Shown here: positions 27,064 to 36,578 of the stretch, in pieces
Position numbering within the stretch: the first letter of the stretch is position 1
How the letters are laid out: each line of letters starts with the position of its first letter
Assembly (NCBI GenBank): GCA_965248445.1
Contig: CBDFJG010000003.1
Coordinates: 1,184,001 to 1,248,000 of the forward strand
Source of the DNA: Planctomycetota bacterium
GTDB lineage: Bacteria > Planctomycetota > JAJSAM01 > JAJVHW01
DNA length: 64,000 nucleotides
Direction: 5' to 3'
The notes under the pieces: generated by a model
The model's database searches: none
Told to the model about the DNA's origin: nothing
What the model saw: the letters and a program-made list of their open reading frames with translations, nothing else
Position numbers and translations under genes: made by a program

Positions 27064-28022
27064 CGCTCAGCCAGCCGCCACGCCGCCGCGCTTACACGTG
27101 CGAACGAGCGCCCAAACTGGTCGCACAACAGATCGAGTTCGTCGTCTACACCGCGCTCAAAGACGTAAACGCTGTCCCCGCGACCGATGACTCCGGAGAT
27201 CTCCTGGACATCGAGCCGTGTTGCGCGCCCGCTATCGACCGCGGACGTTGTTAGATCCCAGAGTCGGTAGAGATCGGACCAGTAGTCCTCCAGTTGCTGG
27301 TTCTTGAACGTGACCAGCTTGGCAAACGTCTCATCCGTGACGCGCTCGTATCCCGGCATCTCCCGCCGATGCGGGGCCGTGTATCCAAGATGCAAAGCAA
27401 CGTCGGCGGCCGCTTCACGGGGATCGAACGCAAGAATATCCGTTTGTTTGCCGACAGAGACTGCGAATTCGTCTCCCGCACGAAACAACAGAAATGAGAA
27501 ATCCCCGTTCCGGAGCGGACTCGAGAGCGCCCGATTGAGCTCGGAGATGCGAACTTGAACATCGTCTCCGGGCTCGGACATCAACACGGGATCAACTCCG
27601 ACGCCCCCACGCTTCCGATACTCACTCAGCGACAGGGACAACGGCCGTGTCGGCGTGGGATCTACAGACTTCCGAAACTCCGTCTCTAATCCGTACTCAA
27701 CGAACAGATTGTAGAGATCACGGTGGTGCTCGTCTCGTGGGCCTGCCGGCTGGCGGCCGGTTGCGCTCGGCTGCACCTCTGATGCCCCGCTACTGCCAAG
27801 CGCATCGGACTCCGCGCGCGAACGCGCCTCACGAATAGCAACTCGCACTCTCCGCAGATCTCTCAGTAGTGACTCGTCCGATCCGCTCCCATCGTGGCCA
27901 AGATCATCCGATCCGTGCTCGTGGACATCAATTCCCCCACTCAGCGCCGCGGCGGTTAGACGTCCCGACACTCCGAGCACAAAGGCAAGCACTGCTACAG
28001 CAATAATCGGTAGCGCCTTCAT
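27060..28022 (-). CDS. Hypothetical exported protein
   Basis: N-terminal signal peptide MKALPIIAVAVLAFVLG; stop overlaps the next start. Confidence 0.65.
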   Translation of the reverse strand: MKALPIIAVAVLAFVLGVSGRLTAAALSGGIDVHEHGSDDLGHDGSGSDESLLRDLRRVRVAIREARSRAESDALGSSGASEVQPSATGRQPAGPRDEHHRDLYNLFVEYGLETEFRKSVDPTPTRPLSLSLSEYRKRGGVGVDPVLMSEPGDDVQVRISELNRALSSPLRNGDFSFLLFRAGDEFAVSVGKQTDILAFDPREAAADVALHLGYTAPHRREMPGYERVTDETFAKLVTFKNQQLEDYWSDLYRLWDLTTSAVDSGRATRLDVQEISGVIGRGDSVYVFERGVDDELDLLCDQFGRSFARVSAAAWRLAER

Positions 28023-28031
28023 CGTCGAGTG

Positions 28032-28988
28032 CTACCGACGATCCTCAAGTAGGGCTCGCGCCACGCCGATTGACTCCTGCCCAACTCGCGAACGGGCTTC
28101 GCGGAGTGCCTGAATCTCCGGACAGCTCTCTCGCATCATGAGATACGCGTCCTCCACACCGATCCGAAAGGCCACTACCGGGGACTGGCCCACGTCCGCC
28201 TCGGACAGCGTATCCAAACGCGCCACGATCTCGTTCACCAACTTCCGCTTCTCTACCTCGAACCGTTCGAATAGAGATACCAATTGAGCACGCTTCGTCG
28301 CGTCAGCATCGCGCCCGTGCGCGGCGTCCAGCTGCCGCGTGAACCACTCCGCTGACGTCTCCGGCGCGGCGTCAACCCAGAAGGCGCGCCCGACGACCGC
28401 GTGCGACGGCAGACTGAGACCGGAGACACGAAACTCGCGACTCTCCCAAGGTGGCGGCGCACGGCCTGCCGTGGCCGCCATCCCCCTGCGCAACATTGGC
28501 TTCATCTTCATCAACAGACTCGTTGCATGCCTGTAGGCTGCCTCGCGCGCGGGACCGCTGACGGGCATCGCGTACTCGCCCCACAGCGCGTGCTGCCGAA
28601 GAGGCACCTGCCCCGTCGCGCCGCGCACGTCCGCCGCCCCCGCCGCTGCTGGCATCCAAGCAGCGAGTGCTTCCGAAGCGGGCTTGTCCCCTTGCGGAGT
28701 TCCGACAGTGGTCGATCTCAAACCGGGATACCCGCGCGGAAGCACGCCCTTGCGCGGCATCGCGGAGCCCCCATCAACACCCGGGAGCTCGCTTGGCGAA
28801 TCGACGGCGGGCGCTTGAGGCGTTACGGCCTCCTCCATAGCGTCGCCGATGCCCTCCCCGACTCGAGCGATTGACGGCAGCATGAGATCACTGACACCGA
28901 CGCCAGTCACAACCGCCACAACGAACACCGCGACGATGGTTCGCCGCGAAGGACCGCGATCCGTAGAGGACGAAGCGGCTAGTTGCAC
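28032..28988 (-). CDS. Hypothetical exported or membrane-anchored protein
   Basis: N-terminal hydrophobic segment TIVAVFVVAVVTGVGV; start overlaps the end of the Cys-rich gene. Confidence 0.6.
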   Translation of the reverse strand: MQLAASSSTDRGPSRRTIVAVFVVAVVTGVGVSDLMLPSIARVGEGIGDAMEEAVTPQAPAVDSPSELPGVDGGSAMPRKGVLPRGYPGLRSTTVGTPQGDKPASEALAAWMPAAAGAADVRGATGQVPLRQHALWGEYAMPVSGPAREAAYRHATSLLMKMKPMLRRGMAATAGRAPPPWESREFRVSGLSLPSHAVVGRAFWVDAAPETSAEWFTRQLDAAHGRDADATKRAQLVSLFERFEVEKRKLVNEIVARLDTLSEADVGQSPVVAFRIGVEDAYLMMRESCPEIQALREARSRVGQESIGVARALLEDRR

Positions 28989-29446
28989 TCACAGTCCTTC
29001 ATGAAGCCGCTGGGCTCGTACGGGTCAGGCTTGATCTCCGATGGCTCACACCCAGGGGTGGTGTTGCACGCAACAGTTCGACAGTCGAAGAACGTCCCGA
29101 GAACCGTGTGGGCCAATGTGCCCTGACATGGAAGGGTCCCGTTCTCGATGCTCCACGGATTGGAGATGGTCTGCGTCGTGCTGTCCCAGCATTGGCAGTA
29201 GTCGGTGCTCGACGACGGGAAGACAGCCGTGACCTTGATGCAGTGCGCGCCGACATCCGCACACTCCGTGTTGATGTTACAGACAAACACCCAGAGTGGG
29301 TTCCCCGCGCCGTCGGTGGTCGTGCCGTCCCAGAACATCGTTCCGTTGCACGGCGTAGACGCCGCCAAGAGGGGCGTTACGCAGACGACGTACGCAGAGA
29401 TCGCAACTGTCGCGAGGACGATCGCGCGAAGAGTTCGTGGCAGCAT
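28979..29446 (-). CDS. Secreted cysteine-rich protein with two 6-Cys modules
   Basis: GGAGGT RBS and ATG at 29446; signal peptide; 12 Cys in the predicted mature region. Confidence 0.75.
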   Translation of the reverse strand: MLPRTLRAIVLATVAISAYVVCVTPLLAASTPCNGTMFWDGTTTDGAGNPLWVFVCNINTECADVGAHCIKVTAVFPSSSTDYCQCWDSTTQTISNPWSIENGTLPCQGTLAHTVLGTFFDCRTVACNTTPGCEPSEIKPDPYEPSGFMKDCECN

Positions 29447-29845
29447 TGGACAACCTCCGTGGGTCCCGGGTCTCAGGGCGTAGGCTCTTGGGAGAACGAT
29501 ACCACGCCGCGCGTGTATCGGGAGGGGCTCGTTTCCGCGGTAACGGTTCAGGCGAGCCCGCGGCCTCGATCTGAGGCCCACCCGGAAGTCCAGGCTCAGA
29601 CGACGGAGCAGCCACACGCTGCCATCAACCGAGGCCGCCCCCGTCACCCAGGAAGTCGCCGAGGAGAGGGATCGCGGGTCGCGCGCGTTCCCCACGAACA
29701 CCACACCTTGACGGCGCCTCTGCCGGGGCGCGAGACTGACATGGGCTGTGCGCGCGCCGAGTCGCGCACGCGTCACGCGTGCATGGCAACGACGTACCGG
29801 TCGGTAGCGTGCGGACAGCGCGTGCCGCTACGAGTGAGGAGGCAG

Positions 29846-30821
29846 ATGGTGCCAGAGATCACGGACGCGCCCCCCGCCAATGTGCAGCAAGACCTCGACG
29901 CGCTGAGCGCGCAGCTCGACGCCGAGATTCCGGAGAAACTGGCGGACAACGTCTTGATCGCGACGTGGAACATCCGCTCATTCTCGTCACTGACGCGGGA
30001 GTGGACGGCAGACTCCGACGACCGCCCGAAGCGCGACCTGCGCGGTCTGCTGGCAATCATCGAGATCCTCAGCCGGTTCGACGTGATCGCGATCCAAGAG
30101 ATCAAGGGCGATCTCCGCGCGCTGCGTGACACGGTCCGGTTCCTCGGCGACGACTGGGGATTCCTCATGACGGATGTCACGTTGGGAGACGAGGGCAACG
30201 ACGAGCGGCTGGCGTTCTTGTTCGATCGATCGCACGCGCGTCACGCCGTCCGGACTTGCGGCCGAACTCGTTGTTCCTCCCGACCGCCTGGATCGCATCG
30301 ACGAGAACGCGTTGCGGCAGCAGTTCGTGAGGACTCCATACGCAGTGAGCTTCCGTCGGGAAGACACGACATTCATCCTCGTAACCCTGCATGTGCTGTT
30401 CGGCGACGATGAGGACGATCGAGTGCCAGAACTCCAGGAGATCGCGGACTGGATGCGCGACTGGGCCGGCCGTTCGAATCGCTTCCACCACAACCTGTTT
30501 GTACTGGGCGACTTCAACATCGATCGTCAGGACAGCCCGCTGTTCGATGCGTTCGCGTCAACAGGGCTGACCGTGCCTGACGAACTGATCGACCTGCCAC
30601 GGACCATCTTCGATGACCCGGGCGACTCGGATGACGACAACTTCTACGATCAGATCGCGTGGTTCGAGACCGGGACAAGGGCGCTGGTTGACTTGGAGCT
30701 GCTCAGCGGCGGGAACTTCGACTTCCAGCCATTCGTGTACACCGACGAGAACCTAACGCGCGGATCAACGTCATTCAGGATCTCGGACCACTTCCCGCTG
30801 TGGGTGGAGTTCGGGTTGTAG
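29846..30821 (+). pseudogene. Endonuclease/exonuclease/phosphatase family protein, frameshifted by a 4-bp duplication
   Basis: IATWNIR and FDVIAIQE in one frame; LGDFNI, YDQI and SDHFPLW in another; CGATCGAT at 30223-30230. Confidence 0.85.
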
Positions 30822-30873
30822 GCGGCTGTCTTGAGAACCGCGAGCTCGCTCGTCCGGCGAGGCGACGTCACGC

Positions 30874-32373
30874 GTAACCGTTCACCCCTTCGTCGCGAGC
30901 CAGGATCCAGATCGTTCGGCCATCGGTCGATCAAGATGTTGTGGGCGAGCGGCAGGACGAGGATCTGCGGGCGATGGTCGAGGGCCTTCTGGCCTGGATC
31001 GAGGAGCTGGAGCGTCGCGAAGCGAAGCATCTGCGCCGCATCGACGAGCTCGAGTCGCGTCTGAAGCGTGACTCCCGCAACAGCTCGAGGCCTCCGTCGT
31101 CGGACCCGGCGTGGCCCAAGCGCCGTCGCGGCCGAAGGCCGCGTAGCGGTCGCCAGCAGGGCGGACAGCCGGGCCATGAGGGCACGGCGCGCGAGCTGGT
31201 GGATCCGTCCAACGTCGATGAGACCAAGGACCACCGTCCCGACCTCTGCGACGCGTGCGGACACGACGATCTCGAGCAGGGCATCGGCGATCCGTACCGG
31301 CACCAGGTGACGGTGCTCCCGCGCGTGCTCGTCACGGTGCGGGAGCACCGGCTGCACAAGGCGCGGTGCCGGCGCTGTCGTGCGGTCACGACGGCGGTCC
31401 TGCCCGATGGCGTGCCGACCGGGGCCTTCGGTCCGCGGCTGACCACACTTGCCGGCGCGCTGCGCGGCGTGTACCGCGTGAGCGTGCGGGAGACGCAGCG
31501 GCTGCTCGGTGAGATCTTCGGTGTGAAGATGTCGCTGGGCAAGATCAGCGACTGTGAGCGTCGGCTCAGTGACGCTCTGCACTCGTCGTACCTCGAAGCC
31601 CTCGGGGCAGTCCGCACGTCGCTGCGAGCCAACGTGGACGAGACGTCGTGGAAGGAACGGGGCCGGGTGTGCTGGCTGTGGGCGGCGGAGAGCGAGCACG
31701 CCACAGCCTTCGGGATCGATCGCCGCCGCAGTGCCAAGGCGAAAGGGCGGCTGATCGGGCGGCGCTTCGGTGGCACGGTGATCAGCGACCGGATGGGTGC
31801 CTACGAGTCACACCCACTTGCCCGCCGCCAGCTCTGCTGGGCGCACATCGAGCGCGCCTTCCGTGCGCTGGCCGAAGGCCCGCGAGAACATCGCCGCTTC
31901 GGCAACAAGGGCGTCATGATCGCGCAGTCGGTCATGCGCAGCTACCGGCTCTTCGGTGAGCACGGCGACCGTGACCGGCTGCAAGGCGAAGCCGCTGTGC
32001 TGCGCGGACGGCTCGAGCGACTGATCGCGAACGACGACTCGGCTCTGGCCAACCATCTGCGCCCCCGCGTGGTCGCCCTCTTCACCTATGCGCGGACCCA
32101 GGACGTGAGTCCGACGAACAACGCCGCCGAGCGCGCGGTCCGCAAAGCGGTGCTCTGGCGCAAGGGCTCCTTCGGAAGCCAGTCCGCTCGCGGACTCCGC
32201 TTCGCCGAGCGCGTGTTGACCGCCGCGGCCACGCTGCGACGCCGTGGCGACCAAGTCTTCGACTTCCTCGCCGACTCGGTCGCCGCGCACCTCACCGGCG
32301 CCGACCCGCCCGTCATGGTCCCGATGCCCGTCGCACGCTGAGGCTCACACGCTGTCAAGGGGTGAACGGTTAC
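30874..32373 (+). mobile_element. IS66-family single-ORF element (ISBst12-like group)
   Basis: IRs GTAACCGTTCACCCCTT / AAGGGGTGAACGGTTAC; no 8-bp target duplication. Confidence 0.92.
30941..32341 (+). CDS. IS66-family transposase
   Basis: NSSRPPSSD, GGQPGHEG, zinc finger, VDETSW, SDR, QLCWAH and PTNNAAERAVR. Confidence 0.92.
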   Translation: MGERQDEDLRAMVEGLLAWIEELERREAKHLRRIDELESRLKRDSRNSSRPPSSDPAWPKRRRGRRPRSGRQQGGQPGHEGTARELVDPSNVDETKDHRPDLCDACGHDDLEQGIGDPYRHQVTVLPRVLVTVREHRLHKARCRRCRAVTTAVLPDGVPTGAFGPRLTTLAGALRGVYRVSVRETQRLLGEIFGVKMSLGKISDCERRLSDALHSSYLEALGAVRTSLRANVDETSWKERGRVCWLWAAESEHATAFGIDRRRSAKAKGRLIGRRFGGTVISDRMGAYESHPLARRQLCWAHIERAFRALAEGPREHRRFGNKGVMIAQSVMRSYRLFGEHGDRDRLQGEAAVLRGRLERLIANDDSALANHLRPRVVALFTYARTQDVSPTNNAAERAVRKAVLWRKGSFGSQSARGLRFAERVLTAAATLRRRGDQVFDFLADSVAAHLTGADPPVMVPMPVAR

Positions 32374-33094
32374 GCTGGCTGCGCGGCAACTTCCGCGCGG
32401 AGATCCGCGACGTGCTCGGGTTCGTCGGGGGACTCCTGGTCCTTGCGGCGTTGCTACGCCGCGGGCGAGCACTGGAGTTCGCCGGCGCCTGGTACGCATC
32501 GATCCTCGTCTTCTACGTGATCACTGCGGACACGTCCGGCGACGCATGGGCGTTCTACTACCACGCCAACTCGGTCGCCCCGGCCGCCCTGCTCATGGGC
32601 GCGGGGGTCGACGCGCTCCGCTCGTTCCGCCCGCAGGTGGTGCGTCTGGCGGGGCCGGCGCTCGTGGTCCTCGCGTGCGTCGCGCTCACGCGTGAGTCAT
32701 TGGACGTGCATCGGCAGCGCAACGACGGGGCGGTCCGGCAGGACTTGCGCGCCGCGTGCCTGGTGTTCGCCGACCACCTGCCTACGGACGCGCGGATCGC
32801 TGTTCGCGGGGGCTACCGCATGGACGCGCACGGTCACCCGGTCGCGTTCAACGAATCGATGGCGTACGCATGGCTCGACCGGAAGGGTGAGAACTACCCA
32901 ATCGAGGACGCTCCCCGGCCACGCTCCTCGGCATGGCCGAACGCGGCTGCACCCACTGGATCGTCCAGCCTGCCGATCTCGCGGACGAGATGCTCGCGGC
33001 GTTCGTGCGCGGCAGTGACGCGACCATCGCGGAAGCGCACGGTCACCTGCTCATCGACCTGCGCTCCGAGGATGAGCGCGTCTCTCTCAGATAG
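32374..33094 (+). pseudogene. C-terminal remnant of a polytopic membrane protein (GT-C/ArnT-like), truncated by IS66 and frameshifted near 32912
   Basis: Hydrophobic helices followed by a periplasmic-type domain; frame switch at YPIEDA / PATLLGMAERG...LIDLR. Confidence 0.55.
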
Positions 33095-33349
33095 AGAGAA
33101 GCGTCCAGCACGCCCGGCACTCCCGTTGCGATACGGACCACGGAGACACCGTTCATCTCCGTGTGCGAGACGCGAAGCGGTGCCTCCGGACCATCGGGTA
33201 AGGGGGAGGCAGACAGCCTTGCGTGACACGACTTCGAGCGCGCGTCCGTGGCGTTCCGCCGCCTCCCCCCTGCCCGGTACTGCACCGTTCCCCGCGCTGG
33301 ACATCCGGACCGGATCGTTCACCGCGATCAACGCCTGGGGGCTATCGAA

Positions 33350-34354
33350 ATGAGAATCGCCGTCACCGGTTCCGCCGGATTCCTCGGTTCACACCTCGTG
33401 GACCGCCTGCTCGGCCTCGGCCACACCGTGGTCGGGTTCGACAGCCTGCTCTACGGGGCGAGGCGGAACTTCGAGCATCACACCTCGAACCGCCGTTTCA
33501 CCTTCGTGGAAGCCGACGTTCGTGACTCCGAGGCACTCGGCAAGGCGTGCCGCGGGGCCGACGTGATCGTGCACCTCGCCGCACACAAGATCCCGCGGTA
33601 CGGCGGTGCGCTGGACACCCTCCTCGTGAACACTGAGGGCACGCGAAACGTGCTCGATGCAGCCCGGGACGGACAGCGCAAGGTCGTCCTCGCTTCGACC
33701 AGCGACGTGTACGGCAAGTCCCCCGACCTTCCGTTCAAGGAAGACGGCGACCTCGTGCTCGGCTCCAGCAAGGTCAAGCGCTGGGCGTACGCAACGTCCA
33801 AGCTGTTCGACGAGCACCTCGCCTTCGCGTACATGGACGAGTACGACCTGCCGGTCGTCGCGCTGCGCTTTTTCGGTAGCTACGGCCCGCGCCACCATCT
33901 CTCCTGGTGGGGCGGACCGCAGTCGGTCTTCATGTCGAGCGTCATGAACGACGAACCGATGACGATCCACGGCGACGGACAGCAGACGCGCTCCTTCACG
34001 TACGTCTCCGACACCGTCGACGGGATCGTGCGCGCGACGCTCTCGCATGCGGCCGACGGCGAGATCCTGAACCTCGGCAACAACCACGAAATCACGATCC
34101 TCGAGCTGGCAGAGACCATCTACCGGCTCTGCGACGCACCGGGCAGGGCGAACCTCGAATTCATCCCTTACAAGACGTTCTCCGGAGGCAAGTACGAAGA
34201 CGTGCGTCGGCGCGTCCCTGACTGCAGCAAGGCGGCTCGCCTCCTTGACTGGCGCGCCCACGTCGATCTCGAAACCGGACTCACGCGGACGATCGAATGG
34301 CACCGCGCGGCGCTGGCAACCGCGACGTCCATGACCGTAAGCGGTGCAGCATGA
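33350..34354 (+). CDS. NAD-dependent epimerase/dehydratase (UDP-glucuronate decarboxylase-like SDR)
   Basis: TGSAGFLG, STSDVYG, YATSK and GDGQQTRSFTYVSD. Confidence 0.92.
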   Translation: MRIAVTGSAGFLGSHLVDRLLGLGHTVVGFDSLLYGARRNFEHHTSNRRFTFVEADVRDSEALGKACRGADVIVHLAAHKIPRYGGALDTLLVNTEGTRNVLDAARDGQRKVVLASTSDVYGKSPDLPFKEDGDLVLGSSKVKRWAYATSKLFDEHLAFAYMDEYDLPVVALRFFGSYGPRHHLSWWGGPQSVFMSSVMNDEPMTIHGDGQQTRSFTYVSDTVDGIVRATLSHAADGEILNLGNNHEITILELAETIYRLCDAPGRANLEFIPYKTFSGGKYEDVRRRVPDCSKAARLLDWRAHVDLETGLTRTIEWHRAALATATSMTVSGAA

Positions 34355-35199
34355 ACAGTCTTCGACGCCGCCGCATCCACTTCATCGTGCCCGCGTACAA
34401 CGAGTGGCAGAACGTCCCGTTCCTCCTGCGGAACCTCGCTGGGTTCGCACGCTACACCGGTGAACAGGTCAGTGTTGTCCTGGTGGACGACGGTTCGACC
34501 GACGGCACTGCCGAAACCGCAGAGGAGGTGGCCCGCAGGACGCACGAACTCGACGTTCGCATCATTCGACACGCGCGCAACCGCGGTCCAGGCGCCGCCT
34601 TCCGCACGGGGATCGCAACCGCGTTGCAGCAGGCGCACGACGACGACTTCATCGTGACGATCGAGGCGGACAACACGTCCGACATCCTCCTGGTCACCAA
34701 GATGCTCGACCGCGCCGAGCGTGGCAGCGACCTGGTCCTTGCCACCGTGTACGGATCAGGACGAATCGTCGGCGCCTCGCTGCTCCGCAGCGTGCTTTCC
34801 GCTGGAGCGAACGCCCTCGTCAAGCTCCGCTTCGGTCTGTTCGGCATCACGACGTTCTCGTCGTTCTTCCGGCTGCACCGGGCGTCGCTGCTGAGGCGAG
34901 CCTCGAGCGCCTACGGCGGGAGGCTCATCGAGGAGCCTGGGTTCGTGTGCATGGTGGAGCTTCTGGTCAAGCTCAAGCGCCTCGGCGCAAGCGTCGACGA
35001 GGTTCCTATGCTCCTCGACGCACGCGCCCGCCGGGGCGGAAGCAAGATGAAGGTGCTGCGCACCGTCGGCACGTACCTACGGATCCTCCGTGGGATCGCT
35101 CGTCCGGAGCAGTTCGCCGACTCCGCCGTCCCCGCACCGCAGATCGCGCCGCCCCGGGCCCGGATGCCCGCGCGTGCACCCGACTACGTGACCGCATGA
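34351..35199 (+). CDS. GT2 polyprenol-phosphate glycosyltransferase (DPM1/ArnC-like)
   Basis: VPAYNE, VDDGSTDGT, NRGPGAAFRTG, EADN and R..G.SKM. Confidence 0.9.
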   Translation: MNSLRRRRIHFIVPAYNEWQNVPFLLRNLAGFARYTGEQVSVVLVDDGSTDGTAETAEEVARRTHELDVRIIRHARNRGPGAAFRTGIATALQQAHDDDFIVTIEADNTSDILLVTKMLDRAERGSDLVLATVYGSGRIVGASLLRSVLSAGANALVKLRFGLFGITTFSSFFRLHRASLLRRASSAYGGRLIEEPGFVCMVELLVKLKRLGASVDEVPMLLDARARRGGSKMKVLRTVGTYLRILRGIARPEQFADSAVPAPQIAPPRARMPARAPDYVTA

Positions 35200-36575
35200 C
35201 CGTGGCCGCCGCACCCGTGACTCGCCGCAGCGCCGGCGCAGAGGGACGACCCGGCGCGCAGGGCCGGACCAAGGACGTAGCGGTGCTCGGCGGAGGAATC
35301 CTCGGCCTGACGATCGCATACCGCCTGGCTCGTGCGGGACACTCGGTCACCGTGCATGAGGCGAGCCCCTACCTCGGTGGACTCGCCAGCGCCGTCGAGA
35401 TTGCCGGCTCCCGCGTCGACCGCTACTACCACGTGATCCTGGCGTCGGACGAGCACCTGATGCGGCTGTTCGAGGAGCTCGAGCTCCAGGACCACATGCG
35501 TTGGGGAACGACCAAGATGGCGTTCTTCCACGAGGGACGTTTGTTCCCGATGTCCACGGCGTCGGAGTTCTTCCGTTTTCCGCCCCTCTCGATGCTCGAC
35601 CGGCTCCGCCTGGCACGCACTCTCGCGACAGCGAAGTTCACGCGCGACTGGCGCTCGCTGGACAACGTCTCGCTCGAGGAGTGGCTCACGCGCCTCTCCG
35701 GCAAGCGAACGTACGAGAACGTCTGGCGCCCGCTGCTTGCGTCCAAGTTCGACGGCGCGGCGGACCGCGTTCCCGCCACGTACATCTGGTCGCGCATCCG
35801 GCGCATGACCTCGACCCGCCAGGGCGTGCGGCAGAAGGAGGCCATGGGCCACCTCGCCGGCGGATACGAGACGCTCGCCATCGCGCTGGCGCAGCGCCTC
35901 GAGCAGATGGGCGGCAGCGTGCTCCAGAACTCGCGCGTCGAGAAGATCGCTCTGGAGAACGGCGCCGCCCGCGGACTCGTCATCGACGGTCAGCTGCAGA
36001 GCTACGACGCCGTGGTCGCGACCGCGGCCGACCCGATCCTGGCTCGCCTGCTGCCCGACGCGCCGCCCGCGATGCAGACGGAACTGGCCGGTGCGAAGTA
36101 CCTCGGGATCGCGTCGCTGCTGCTTCTGCTGGATCGTCCGCTGTCGCCCTACTACAGCGTCAACCTGACCGACCGCAGCATCCCGCTGACAGGCATCATC
36201 GAGACGACGACGCTGATCGATCCCGAGTCAGTCGGCGGCCATCTCGTGTACCTGCCCAAGTACTGCAAGCAGGAGAGCGCATACCTCACGATGGACGAGG
36301 ACGACGTGCGCGACGAATTCCTCGGTCATCTCGAGAGCGTGTTTCCGGAGTTCGACCGGAGCTGGATCAAGGGTTCGCTGCTCGGCCGCTCGCGGCTGGT
36401 CGAACCGATCCATGAGATCGCCGAGACCCGTGACCTCCCGGGCGCGAGCACGCCGGTTCCCGGCCTGTTCATCTCGAACACGAGACGCATCTACCCCGCA
36501 CTCCACAACTGCGAGGCCGTCGTCGGTCTGGCCGAACGAGCCGTCCCGGAGGTCCTCGAAACCCTCGACGCCTGA
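35196..36575 (+). CDS. FAD-dependent oxidoreductase (amine oxidase/HemY-like family)
   Basis: VLGGGILGLTIAYRLA, E....LGGLA and DRYYH. Confidence 0.85.
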   Translation: MTVAAAPVTRRSAGAEGRPGAQGRTKDVAVLGGGILGLTIAYRLARAGHSVTVHEASPYLGGLASAVEIAGSRVDRYYHVILASDEHLMRLFEELELQDHMRWGTTKMAFFHEGRLFPMSTASEFFRFPPLSMLDRLRLARTLATAKFTRDWRSLDNVSLEEWLTRLSGKRTYENVWRPLLASKFDGAADRVPATYIWSRIRRMTSTRQGVRQKEAMGHLAGGYETLAIALAQRLEQMGGSVLQNSRVEKIALENGAARGLVIDGQLQSYDAVVATAADPILARLLPDAPPAMQTELAGAKYLGIASLLLLLDRPLSPYYSVNLTDRSIPLTGIIETTTLIDPESVGGHLVYLPKYCKQESAYLTMDEDDVRDEFLGHLESVFPEFDRSWIKGSLLGRSRLVEPIHEIAETRDLPGASTPVPGLFISNTRRIYPALHNCEAVVGLAERAVPEVLETLDA

Positions 36576-36578
36576 CCG

